Source: Octopus vulgaris
Lineage: Eukaryota
Direction of reading: 5' to 3'
NCBI GenBank assembly: GCA_951406725.2
Contig: OX597830.1
Location: forward strand, 71,672,001 to 71,736,000
DNA length: 64,000 bases
A program made the position numbers and the translations under genes. Every line of letters begins with the position of its first letter. The stretch's first letter is position 1. The notes beneath the pieces were generated by a model, which was not told the DNA's origin, ran no database searches, and saw nothing but the letters and a program-made list of their open reading frames with translations. Shown here in pieces: positions 12,631 to 26,172 of the stretch.

Positions 12631-13699
12631 CATAACAACACACGCCACATAAATAAATCCATTACACAAAAGCTCTTTTCTTGAATTCACGCTCACCACT
12701 ATTTATAATTACATAGGGACGCATGTGTATGCTCTGTTATCGCCCCTCTTGCCCTGTTGTGGCCAACATGACATCACGCAGGCAGAGGCAATGTAGAATT
12801 TGAAAAAAAATGTATTCACAATATCTCACTGCTCCCTGAGCCTTGTATCAGAGCAGAAAGTATAGCGTGGGGTCCATTCGATAGAACCATGGCAAACCTA
12901 GAACTATGGCTGTGTGCATGTCACATGTCACTAAGGTGCTGCGGTTTTCTTGCTCAGGATCACTCAGACTACAACAGCCGCCATTGCATGTCTGTGCACA
13001 GAGAAGAAAGAAGCTTAGTGAGTCTTGAAAAGAAATTTATTCTTGGCAATGTATTTTTAAGATCGCACAGTGGAAATTGGTTTGAAATTGTAAATTTCTT
13101 TATCATTATTGATATTGCTTTAGTAAGATTTATTGTTAAATTGTAAGATTAATGTTAAATAAATTAAATAAAAGTTCCTAATGTTACACAATAAATTGTG
13201 TTATACAGAAGACTACGTTTTTCATATCATATATGGAAGAAATTCTGAATGGCGGAAGTAGACTACTGGATTTGTGGGTCTCGTCTAGTCATTCGCTCCA
13301 CTAGCGATGCATCTAAGAGAAACTAGTTAGCAATAATCTTGGGAGCTAAACAACTATTTTTACTAAATTCAACAATTAACATTTTAAGAACTCAAAACGA
13401 AACATTTACTTCTTAACCCTCTCGTTGCAATGGCTGATATGATTTTGTTGTTGTTTAATCAAAGTGACATCAAAGATATTTGCAAATAATTGAATTCACG
13501 TCCATATTATTTAGTCAAACACGTTTTCAATAGTGAAATGAGAGTGATCAAGCGACATGTATTTCGTCTTAATGTTCTCATGTTTCTTAAGTACACGATT
13601 TCACATATATGCATTTATTCAAAACAACCGTATTTTAGTACTTTTGTTATAAAAGAAACTGCATAAAAATTTCTGTGGTCCGTTTTCCCTATTAAGCTT

Positions 13700-14095
13700 A
13701 GGCGTGGCTGTGTGGTTAAAAGCTTCCTTTCCACCCACATGGTCCTGGGTTCTGTATCACTACATGACACATTGGGCAGGTGACTCCTACAATAGCCTCG
13801 AGCCGAGCAAAGCCTTGTGAGACGATGGGGTAGTCAGATGGAAATTGTAAGAAGCCTCTTGTATATATATATATATACAAGGCGAGCTGGCAGAAACGTT
13901 AGCACGCCGGGCGAAATGCGTAGCCGTATTTCGTCTGCCGTTACGTTCTGAGTTCAAATTCCGCCGAGGTCGACTTTGCCTTTCATCCTTTCGGGGTCGA
14001 TAAATAAAGTACCAGTTACGCACTGGGGTCGATATAATCGACTTAATCACTTTGTTTGTCCTCTCTATGTTTAGCCCCTTGTGGGCAATAAAGAA

Positions 14096-14126
<31 letters not shown>

Positions 14127-14313
14127 TTCCTCTCTTGCACATCCATTAATGTTATATTGCCCGAAGAAATGAATCCATGGAGATAATCAACCCAATGCCC
14201 GTGGGCCCTATGGACTGCGTTGTAATCATTCCAGGAATACGGACTGTGATCTTAAGAGACATGTGATTTGTACATAGCGATGCCTTAATTGTTTGTAAAT
14301 TCCATCCAAGGAT

Positions 14314-14359
<46 letters not shown>

Positions 14360-14517
14360 GCACCCACCACCACTTGACAGGCGGCTCCGAGAAAGAGACA
14401 GCGGAGAATAAGGACCAGACTTAAAAGATAGTCCTGGGGTCGATTCATTCGACTAAAATCTCCTCAAGGCGTACTCCAGCATGACCGCAGTCTAATGGCT
14501 GAAGCAAGTAAAACGAA
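13700..14517 (+). mobile_element. older family A SINE interrupted at its internal (TA)n by a family B SINE and other sequence
   Basis: Head at 13700-13860; tail half at ~14355-14517. Confidence 0.65.
13880..14097 (+). mobile_element. SINE family B (Meta-domain-like core), full monomer in (TA)n
   Basis: GGCGAGCTGGCAGAA head, GAGTTCAAATTCC B box, GCCTTTCATCCTTTCGGGGTCGATAAA core, tail AGCCCCTTGTGGGCAATAAAGAAA. Confidence 0.88.
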
Positions 14518-15478
14518 CGTAACCCAACTACAAAAATATTGCGTAAATGATATTTTAGAATTTCTTAAATATTTGTTTCTTTTTTCCTTTTTTCTTTCTT
14601 TTTTTTTTTTGTTCTGGTATGATTTGTTATTCCGCCGAGACAAAATCAAAATCCTATAAACACATAATATATTACCAGACTAAAATGGAATACAGAATTT
14701 CATTCTCATTAATTGAGAATACACGATTGGTTTCCTAGAATACTAGAACTGAACGTTGTTTTTTATAAACATTGACCGAGATAGAATGCATAATAAATCA
14801 TATATATGTATGCATACGTGTTTGCATACGTGTATATATATGTATATATATATATATACATATATATACAAACACACATATATATACATATATGTGTGTT
14901 TGTGTATATATGTATATATATATATATACATATATATACAAACACACATATATATACATATATGTGTGTTTGTGTATATATGTATATATATATATATATA
15001 TATACATGTATATATATATACATATATGTGTGTGTATACATATGTACGTAGACATATATATGCCATGTCATACATCACACATAAATACGTGCATACACGC
15101 GTGCCTACGTAAATAGGCAGGTAATCTTGTATGAATGGACATATTCATGTATATAAGAACGTGTGTGTGTGTGTGTGTGTGTATGCAAGCAAGCGTCTCT
15201 TTGTGTGTTTGGGCGTGTATGCGTATATGTTTGTATACGTTCTTCTTTGGGTGTATCAGAGCATATAAACTGAAACTGCAAAACTGAAAGAAAAAATTAA
15301 AAATAAACACACACACACACACACACACATTTACACACATGGATACATACATACGTGCATACATGCATGCAAATGCAAATGAATTGACAGGTGTTTATAC
15401 GTGTGTGTGTGTGCGTTTGTGTGTGTGTGTGAACGCATATATATGATTATACACACTACTTGAACGTTTATTATAAAA

Positions 15479-15863
15479 CTAGCAGTATCGCCCGGCGTTG
15501 CTCAGGTTTGTAAGGGAAATAACTATAAAGCATTTTTAGAGAGTTATAGCCAAAAAATAGCCAAAAAATGGAAAAAAAATGATGGTAAATTTTTTTTGAG
15601 AGTTAAAAAAGGTGGAGTTGCGTCCCCTAGACGGTCTGTGGTTTGGGTTTCTGATTCTCGACCCCATGTCGAATTTATCGATTTTTTTTCAGAACTGGGG
15701 GAACTTTTCAAAATTTTCGCTGCGTTAGTTTTGAATTATGACATTGGGCTATGTGTGTGTCAAGTTTCATCAGAATCGGTTGAAAGCCGTGGTCAGAGTG
15801 AGGGTACGAGAAAACAGACACACAGAAAACGCACAGACAAACTGCCGTTTATATATAGAGAGA
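15479..15863 (-). mobile_element. non-autonomous Helitron
   Basis: Minus strand starts A|TC and ends with hairpin CCTGAGCAACGCCGGG followed by CTAG|T; the 3' end is shared with 37086-37478. Confidence 0.8.
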
Positions 15864-16434
15864 TTATTAAAAGATACAAGCAACTGCAGGGCGTAAAAGA
15901 AAAACACAGCTTTCTGCTAACCCTTCTAGAAATTATGTCACAAAAAATTGCAAAATAAATAAACAAATGACGATAAACATATAAAAAACAAAATGCATTA
16001 AACAAAAGACAAAACTGATTATAATAAGTTAGAATGGTTTTGTAATTACACTAATTGGTGCTAATTATATTCTTGTATATAAACATTGTATTCATGGTGC
16101 CTGCAATGGTAAATTAAATGGCACGCGGTACGTAATATTTTAAATGCATTAAAACATGCATTGCTCTTATATGGTTTTAATGTTTTTGGTATGTTATGCG
16201 CTTCCAACATTATGCAAACTTACACATGCATCAGTCTTTGGGGTTGGCCATACTAAACTCGGGGATTATAACCGATCTTATATATGTGACCTGTATTCAT
16301 TGCAATCTTGTAACTGTTTTCAACGTTTCGACCAAATTTCGAATAACAGACATGCACACGCATCCGTCTAACCGTTTCCCATTAGCATATGTGTGTTGGT
16401 GTGTCTGCATGTATATATATATGAGTGTGTGAGC

Positions 16435-16484
<50 letters not shown>

Positions 16485-16487
<3 letters not shown>

Positions 16488-16670
16488 GGTCCCGGGTTGA
16501 TTCGGGTTAACCACAGTAAGTAAGGTACTCAATACATAGCAGAGTAAAATTAATTTATTATATGAAGGAGCTTCTACAAGACTAGTACTGTTTCATTCAA
16601 GAGAAATTCCTGAAGATTTCTCTTGAATGAAACAGTACTATCCTGTAGAACTCCTTCTATATAATAAATA
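16485..16670. mobile_element. (TA)n-embedded fold-back element (palindrome 16552-16670)
   Basis: ~55-bp inverted arms around TCCTGAAG; a near-identical copy lies at 37776-37965. Confidence 0.8.
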
Positions 16671-16692
16671 AATATATATATATATATATATA

Positions 16693-16795
16693 GGGGAAAG
16701 TAAGAAAAATCAACGAAAATGCTCATTGTAAATAAAAAAAAAGTAAAGGCTTTTCTTTACAATGTGCATTTCAGTTGATTTTTCTTACTTTCCCC
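16693..16795. repeat. inverted repeat (~40-bp arms) next to (TA)n
   Basis: GGGGAAAGTAAGAAAAATCAAC... pairs with ...GTTGATTTTTCTTACTTTCCCC. Confidence 0.8.
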
Positions 16796-17087
16796 TTACA
16801 TTACCACGTGTAGTTTCTATTTTCTTTCTGTAACATATTTCTATTATATATATACATATAGCGAAGACCTGGCACGATATAGGTAAAGAATTTTGAGAAA
16901 TTTGAAAAGAAAATACGAAACTAGGTATTTTTTCAAAAACTGTTACTATACGCAAAATTTTATAACTTTTTTTAACATATCGATTTAAATATATTCTTTA
17001 ACCATATAACACAAGCCTTCTGTAGTTTTTTTCACGTTTTTGTCTTTTATACATCAAGCCACGTGCTTTCAAATACCAACTCTCTCA

Positions 17088-17158
<71 letters not shown>

Positions 17159-17531
17159 ATATATATGTGTGTGCATATATATTTAAATTGATGTCTATTC
17201 GCCCTTCTGTTAGTCTCCTCTCTGTCTCTCTGAATGCATACAGAAACGCATACACACACGCGCATGCACACCAAGAACACACACGCACACACATATTTAC
17301 AATCAGATCGACAGATATACATACGCGCGTACGCACACATACAGATCTATCATAAGCACATGTCTAAAATTTCGTCTCAATTGTGACTAGAGTTTCACTC
17401 AAAATTCATTTAATGTCCTCGAAAACATTGCTTTGAACCTTATGAGCTTTCAAATACTCAGTTCTGTACGAACTTCTACCAATACCCTACCCAACTTATG
17501 ATTCCATTGTCATTTTTATCAATCACTAACA

Positions 17532-18128
17532 ATCATTTCTACTCTTGGCACAAGACCTGAAATTTTGGGGGAGGAGGAGCAGTCGATTAAATCGACCGCA
17601 GTAAGTAGTTGGTATTTAAGTTATCGGCCCCGAAAAGATGAATGGCAAAGTCGACCTTGGCGGAATTTGAACTCAGAACGTAACAGCAGACGAAATACCT
17701 ATTTCTTTACTACTCACAAGGGGCTAAACACAGAGAGGACAAACAAGGACAGACAGACGGATTAAGTCGATTATATCAACCCCAGTACGTAACTGGTACA
17801 TATTTAATAGACCCCGAAAGGATGAAAGGCACAATCGACCTCGGCGGAATTTGAACTGAGAACGTAGCGGCAGACGAAATGCCACCAAGCATTTTACCCG
17901 GCGTGCTAACGATTCTTATTTCTTATTTCTTTATTGCTCACAAGGGGACAAACAAGAACAGACAAAGGGATTAAGTCGGTTACATCGACCTCAGTGCGTA
18001 AGTGGTACTTAATTTATCGACCCCAAAGGATGAAATGTAAAGTCGACCTCGGCGGCATTTGAACTCAGAACGTAACGGCAGACGAAATACGGCTACGCAT
18101 TTCGCCCAGCGTGCTAACGATTCTGCCA
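17532..18128 (-). mobile_element. tandem array of family B SINE units
   Basis: Three repeats of CCCCGAAAGGATGAAAGGCAAAGTCGACC-like core with two tail types. Confidence 0.85.
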
Positions 18129-18457
18129 AGTCAAATGCTTGATAAAATTTTATATGTAATACACGATAAGCTACATGCAGATAAAAGCCATCATACGATT
18201 GGTCGATGATACAGCGGTCAAAAACCTCATATCGTATTTAAAGATTGTTAATAAGAAGTTAATGATTTATGTTTTTCTACTGTTACATTATTTATTAGCA
18301 ATATACCAATATTGAATATGGCTACAGATGTACGTGTGATGTTTACATGAGTATGTATGTATGTAATTAATTGTGGATATAAACAACATTTTTAAAGTGG
18401 TTATATATGTTGAGAATAATGTTAAATAATAATGATTATGATAATGTTAAAACTGGT

Positions 18458-18497
<40 letters not shown>

Positions 18498-18513
18498 CAT
18501 ATATATATATATG

Positions 18514-18725
18514 TACATCAAAATGTGACCGCGTGTGTACCGTTGACGATTTTTTCCCTCCGTCTTCCCTTCCTTGGATCTTTCCTTTTTCTATGTTTCT
18601 GACGAAGAGCTCCGCTCGAAACGTTACATCCTCCTTCTTTCTTTCCTTTCCTGAGCGTCCAATAACACTATATTTGTTCCACGTCCTCGCGTTGTTGTGT
18701 TTTCTCTTTGTGTTTTCGTGTTTGG

Positions 18726-18728
<3 letters not shown>
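18514..18728 (+). mobile_element. short (TA)n-embedded element with hammerhead motif
   Basis: ATGTTT CTGACGA A GAGC-tcc-GCTC GAAACGTT ACAT at 18593-18629; (TA)n on both sides. Confidence 0.7.
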
Positions 18729-18765
<37 letters not shown>

Positions 18766-18954
18766 TATGTATATTCTTCAAGGGTTTTAATCGAACAAGT
18801 CGACCCCAGGACGTTTTGTTTTTAAAGCCTGGTACTTATTATTCTGTCGGTACTTTTAGCGAACCGCTAAGTTAAAGCGACGTAAATATAACAACACCCG
18901 TTCTCAAGCGGTGAGGGGGCGGCGGCAAACATACACACACTGACACAAACACAA

Positions 18955-18995
<41 letters not shown>

Positions 18996-19161
18996 AACAC
19001 ACACATTCACACGCACACATATCAGGTGAGTAGATTAATTTCTTTTGTTGTTCGGAAACCGGTTAAATGCAAAACGCTGATTTCCGATTTGTGAATCTTC
19101 ATAAAAATAGAAAAAAAAATATATATAATATATATAGATTAAATACACGCGTTTGTATCAC

Positions 19162-19209
<48 letters not shown>

Positions 19210-19367
19210 ATACGCATGTGCGAGTTCATGCATTCGAGTGATTTAGTCAATAGTTTACTCGTCAAACATGAAGAAGATAAACCGAGGAAATACCTTTTGA
19301 AGTTCATCAAAATACTATTAGTTGTTTAATAGTGAACACACACAAACATATACATGCCTGAGTATAC

Positions 19368-19399
<32 letters not shown>

Positions 19400-20228
19400 A
19401 GACGAATGTGTTGGCTACAAGAAACGGAAGGGTCTTTGGAGCTCTTGATGACCGGCTTGAAATTAAATACCCATTAGTTGAACCCACGGCGCTGATTTGC
19501 TGCCGTAAGTATCAGGTTCAACCGAGCTCATTCTCGTTTGCAACACACTCCTCTCTCTCCCTCTCTTTCTTCCCCTTTCTCTCTCTCTCTCTCTCTCGCT
19601 CCCATCGTTTGTTCACCATCCTCTCCTCTATATAACTCTCTCACTCTGCCTTTTTTCTGTTCATATTTTAATCGCTCATTTAGTTTCACTCTGTCTGTCT
19701 CTCTCTCTCTTTTCCCGCCTCTCTTACTATATAATTATTTTGTCATTTGCTGTATTCTCTCTTTATTAAGCCATTTGGTCAGTTATTATGGAAGTTAAGT
19801 AGAGTAAATAGTGTTTTGCTAGTCAATTTGTTACACCTCGTTGCTGTAGTTGTTATCTGTATTAATGGGAAAAACACATACACGCACACACACCCACAAA
19901 CACACACACGCACATAGACACGCACGCACGCAAACGCACAATCACTCATACACGCAAACACAAACACAATTATTCACATAAACATACATACACACACAGA
20001 TAGACACTTCACAAACACCATACGCAAATTTAAACACGCGTATTAGTAACAAGGGAGTTATTCTTTTATTTTTGTAAGAGAGCAACTGCGTGATCACTCA
20101 GTCTGCTAGAAATAACAGCCAAATCATTTTCAAATAACAACATACAATCTTAATTAGATCTACACTTGTGGTTGCGATCACGGTCAACATCGAATGAACT
20201 AAGGCTACAATGACAATGTCATCATCAT

Positions 20229-20290
<62 letters not shown>

Positions 20291-20658
20291 GCTTAATTTA
20301 ATTCGTCCTTAGTCGAAAGCCACCTGTTGTTAATGTCCTGTTGTTTGTATTTGTAATTGTGTACCATTTCTCTGGGGGTTTTTTTGTCATTGTTTTCGTA
20401 TACGTTCGTTTGCTTTCTTCCAAAGAATCTAGTGCTCTTAGCAATGATTTTTTTTTTGGGGGGGGGGGGCAGATTCTAATCTGCATCCTCGAGTGTAACC
20501 ATCCGAAACTGCAAAGACGATCTGCTCCTCGACTGAGGATTGAAAGCTCCGAATGACCCACCCTTGTCTTTTCCTGTCCTTTTTTTTGTATTGACTAACT
20601 GTCTGAATGTTTTATTGTCGCTTGTCACGTTCTTGTTCTATATTTTGTTTTAATTTTA

Positions 20659-20748
<90 letters not shown>

Positions 20749-20797
20749 GTAACTGCAAAAGAACGAGACCTCGATATCAGATAAATAGAGGATTATT

Positions 20798-21008
20798 TAT
20801 ATATGTTATAATCCAGAACAAACAATAAAAAGTTGTCATTACAGTACTCGGAGTTTCGAATGTCGGAGCGAAGAGCTACGATGCATTCTCGTCTGTTGCT
20901 TACCATTAATAGCCAACGAGAAATCATCGTAGATATTCGCTCCGACATTCGAAACTCCGAGTACTCTAATGATTACTTTTTACTGTTTGTTCTAAATTAT
21001 AACATATA
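20798..21008. repeat. fold-back element (~95-bp inverted arms) with hammerhead-like core
   Basis: GTACTCGGAGTTTCGAATGTCGGAGCGAA pairs with TTCGCTCCGACATTCGAAACTCCGAGTAC. Confidence 0.8.
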
Positions 21009-21125
21009 TATATATATATATATGTATATAAAAAAATATTTTAATCTTCGGATTTTTTTAATATGCTCGGCCACTGGTTTTAATTGATTAATATCAATTT
21101 CTACCCTTATTAAATTTTAAATTAC

Positions 21126-21188
<63 letters not shown>

Positions 21189-21452
21189 TGTGTATAGAAG
21201 AATATATTAATTCAATGAAGTTCAAGCCTTGTCTGATTTTCACGTTTTATTATTTACAACGTTTTTCAATTTTACAATATTAAACTAAACTAGCACTTGC
21301 ATGCGTTACGCAATTATTTGGTTTATGTAATGACAGTTGTGGAACACGACTTTCACTATATAAATCCGATGATTGCATAACGTATGAAAGTGGTAGTTTA
21401 TTTCATTATATATATATGTACACACACGCACGCACGCACGCACACACACACA

Positions 21453-21486
<34 letters not shown>

Positions 21487-22391
21487 TATAATTGCTCTGC
21501 AATTATGACTCATCGGAACTTTCAACTAGTATGCATGTCTCATTTAAAATAAAGCATAAATATGCATACGTTCGATTCCTGAAATGTTCAGATTTGGGTT
21601 ATTACCGCATATGTACCCTACTTGAGCAACTAGATATTTTACTCATACACGTCACGAATAATCTTACTTATCAAATTTTCTCTAGAATTAATATCAAGTA
21701 GAGATTTTGTTGTACGCAAACTTGTGCAACATAAATAACATACACCAATGGCCAATATTTCAAATGGTTCTCTACGGGTCATAATTGCCGGGCATGTAAA
21801 TATATTAATCCTATAAAGTTACTTTAAAAATCAGTAGTTCATTTTGTCCAAAGGTATTTACTGCTGATAAGTCAGTATTCAACGGGTAGATAAGATTAAC
21901 AGAAAATATTCACTGGACGACTTAGTATTAGTTTTTAACATTCTTTCACAAAAATTTGGAAACCTGCCCGGACACGAATTTCGTCAAAATTCATATGGTT
22001 CTTTAAAACTTGTGTTAAGAACTTTAAAATTGTCTGAATATATTCGAATGTGCTAAAACCTTGTATATCTTTGCTTGTGGGGGAATATGAAAATACGGCA
22101 TCATAAAGGTGGCTGTATATGGAACAAACTTAGAATCAATAGTTTTGTCAGTTGAAAGCCACATGGTCATGATATATGACCAAGTTAAATATTTAAACCA
22201 CCTGATGAATGACTGTAACTCGAAAATTTAAAGAAATTAACAGCCATGAAACGATCGTAGTGTTATATTAATTATATTTGTTTTAATAATTTTGTTATAT
22301 ATTTAAATAATATAAATTAAATAATCTTATGTAGTGGCTTAAGTTTTTCATTGTATGATTTGCCTAATAGTGGTTTTTATCTCTAATTTAA

Positions 22392-22449
<58 letters not shown>

Positions 22450-23135
22450 GTTCACTTTCTAAAATTTAAATACATGGCTTTTGCAGGTACTGAAATAGTG
22501 ATTTTATTTAATTTGGTATTTTTTTCCGTGCATATATCGAACAGATGGGTGAGCTAATAAAACACAGTAAGATCCTGGCTCCTTTAAACAGTGTTACTGC
22601 GTTTACAGCTAATTTAATATTTCTATTTTTGTAGTTTAAACAACATACGGGTATATAAAATACTATCTTATTTATTGACATCAGACAATCTAAAAGAAAT
22701 GATCCAATCTTGATAATTTCATCTTGAACATAGAATTCATAAATTCATATCGCGGTTCATATATCGCCGTGTATTTTTTAAGCTACGTCGATTCCTTCGT
22801 AGTTGTTTTGCATTTAGAATAAAATAAATATTTACGAATTATAAAAACAATAATAATAAATATACAGTACAGTACTGCTTCTACTTCGCAGATTTTCACA
22901 CATCGCTGGGTATTTTGGAACGTAACATCGTTAAATATCTTCAAATTTGCTCTTTTAAAACTACTGTTTTATATAGTTGTGCAGCATCAGTGTGTATCTA
23001 TGAGTGTAAGCACTTCATGTATATATCATAGGAACGACTACAGTATTATTTTACCGACAAAAATACACACCTATAATTATAATCATATATATACATAGAA
23101 CATATATATAAATACATTGTCTTTACACACACACG

Positions 23136-23233
<98 letters not shown>

Positions 23234-23354
23234 CATACATATAAGCGCCAATTTGGGCCAGCGTTTTCTGCTCTAGCCTCGGGTGGGGGCCGAATTATTG
23301 TGAGTGGATTTGGTAGACGGAAGCCCGTCGTATATATATATATATATATATATG

Positions 23355-23429
<75 letters not shown>

Positions 23430-23729
23430 AGAATAGTAATGATGTTGAATAGGATTTGAAAACAACGTTAGCAATTTTCTCTTTTAGCATTTCACTTTAA
23501 TATCATTTTATACACCCCAGAAAGGTAAAAAGTTCATCTCTTCAAGATTTGATTTAACGATCAGCAACGACTTAAGAATTCTGTAGAATACAAGAAAATT
23601 ATTTTTGTACTGCTAGAAGACAGAACGAACTGCACATACTTACCATAGTATAATACAGGACTCACATACCGAAGAATTTCATACATACATGCACACCTAC
23701 ATATATACATACATACATACATACATACA

Positions 23730-23763
<34 letters not shown>

Positions 23764-23798
23764 CATACGTGCTTGCATATATGTATTAGTCTGTACAT

Positions 23799-23862
<64 letters not shown>

Positions 23863-24237
23863 ATACCCACAGACATGCATACAAATATATACCTATCTAT
23901 TTATTCAAGATATGTATGCATATATATATATATATATATATGTATTGATAGATAGATAGATGTGACGGATATTTTGATTCTCTTAATTCATACTTACATT
24001 CCATCGTGATGGTAACTCTATAATTCCTTTATTCCTGCATCATAGTCATTATTAGTTTGCTATTTCTAGTACCAACATCTGAAGAATCTTTCACATATTT
24101 GCCAGCTATTATTATCATGGTGGTCTACATCGGTGGTTCCCTCATCAAATTTATAGGTTTTATATAGTTTCCTCGTTCTCATAAATACATCTACACAAAA
24201 CACTTATACGCACAGTACATTCATTTTCATATATACA

Positions 24238-24289
<52 letters not shown>

Positions 24290-24419
24290 TATATACACGC
24301 ATACACGAACATAAACGAAATTGTTTTACGTATGCATAAGAGAACGCGCGCATATATATATATTTCGTTTTGGGATTTGGTTTGCAAGATTCTTTATATG
24401 AGTTCGTGTGTTGAAGCAT

Positions 24420-24665
24420 ATTCTGGGGAGAGTCATTCTCTTTTAGTGACTTTATATTTAACATACCCACCGGTAAAATTTCCACTTATTTCTTATTTTT
24501 ATTTTCTAAATTTTTTTTACTTTCTAAAAGAGTCAAGACTATTGAAAAGGTTGCAAGATGCAACGAGCATTTTAGAAAATAAAAATAAGAAATAAGTGGA
24601 AATTTTACCGGTGAGTATGTTAAATAATAAGGCACTAAAAGAGAATGACTCTCCGCAGCACAACA
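24420..24665. repeat. fold-back element (~85-bp inverted arms) between (TA)n tracts
   Basis: GGAGAGTCATTCTCTTTTAGTG...TTTTCTAAA pairs with TTTAGAAAA...CACTAAAAGAGAATGACTCTCC. Confidence 0.85.
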
Positions 24666-24715
<50 letters not shown>

Positions 24716-24952
24716 AATAAAACATATGCATATATATATACATATATGTACGTACCTACCTCTACATGTATATATACACGCATATATGAGTACAGGATAC
24801 CAAAAAAACGTCGAATACAATGAGAAACGAAAACATAGACACAAACCCAAGGAACTGGACATTTTTCTTAAACAACAAAAAAATACAGTACAGGACAAAT
24901 AATACAAGGAAAAAACCCCTTCTTCAGTCGCCATCATTTCATCTACTCTACG

Positions 24953-25003
<51 letters not shown>

Positions 25004-25254
25004 TGCATTAAAACCTTACCTTAAAATTCGTGATGGATGAGTTTTTATTTCATTACTTCGTGTATCTGTGTCTTTGTGTTCGTGTTTGCCCGCCTTCCAA
25101 TGCTTGACGGCCGGTGTTGGTTTGTTTAAAATTAGAGGTTCAGCAAAAGAGACCGATAGGATAAGTACCAAGCTTGAAATAAATAAATAAATATACATTG
25201 TAGTTGTTCAACTGTTTTTCCATCTACCAGTAGTGCAGTATTTGATCTCTGAAC

Positions 25255-25760
25255 CAGCCGGCGAAATGCTTACCAGTATTTCATCTTTCTCTACGTTCTA
25301 AGATCAAACTACGCCGAGGTCTTTGCCTCTCATCCTTTCGGGGTCGATAAATTAAGTACCAGTTGCGTAGTGGGGTCAATCTAATCGACTGGCCCCCTCC
25401 CCTCAAATTTCGGGTCTTGTGCCTAGAGTAGAAAAGAATATTTCATTCGTCTTTACTTTCTGAGTTCAAATTACGCCGAGGTCTTTGCCTCTCATCATTT
25501 CGGGGTCGATAAATTAAGTACCAGTTGCGTAGTGGGGTTGATCTAATCGACTGGCCACCTCCCCCCAAATTTCGGGTCTTGTGTCTTGAGTAGAAAAGAG
25601 TATTTCGTTCGCCTTTACTTTCTGAGTTCAAAATCCGCCGGGATTGAATTTGGCTTTCGGGTTCGATAAAATAAGTACCCTTCGAGCAATAGGGTCGATT
25701 TAATCAACTTAGCCCCTCCCTCAAAATTGCTGAATTTGTGCCGAAATTTGAAACCATTAT
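25255..25760 (+). mobile_element. tandem trimer of family B SINE units (tail type 2)
   Basis: ~170-bp unit repeated three times, joined at AGAAAAGAATATTTC. Confidence 0.85.
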
Positions 25761-26172
25761 GTAATCATTAAAGACTATTACCACATGCCACCCCATGGAA
25801 TTTATATACCGTTTCCGCCATCAATCAAAAAAAAAAAAACAACAACTACGATTTCTGTGTATGCTTTACTGATAGGTTCAACATAAGATCGATAAAGCTA
25901 TATTGATTTCTTCTGTGCATGTCGAAACAATTAAAACTAATTAGTAATGATGTTGTTGCTGTTTGGTTTGCTTTTATAATTTTTAGGTAGCTTTTAAAGT
26001 TACATTCTATTTAATGATTAATATTTCAGTTTTGTATGCTAATGTAATTGCATACATACATATATATGTGTAAACATGGTGTTATATATAATATACATTA
26101 TATATGTGTATTTATAAATACACACACACACAGACACTCCTATATACATACACACACATATATATATACGTA

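Noticed and set aside
12720-13146. Moderately GC-rich unique stretch with a Cys/His-rich ORF, considered as Post2 exon 1 or a zinc-finger remnant
   Set aside because: No Hox N-terminal features, no convincing donor site and no recognisable domain; it cannot be assigned by eye.
20296-20650. Element between (TAC)n tracts with CTGAGGA, and 24785-24955 with CTGAAGA on the minus strand
   Set aside because: These are probably short repeats of similar type, but I could not build stem II plus GAAA, so no ribozyme call is made.
25255-25760. CRISPR-like repeat array
   Set aside because: The units are ~170-bp SINE bodies without unique spacers, in eukaryotic DNA.
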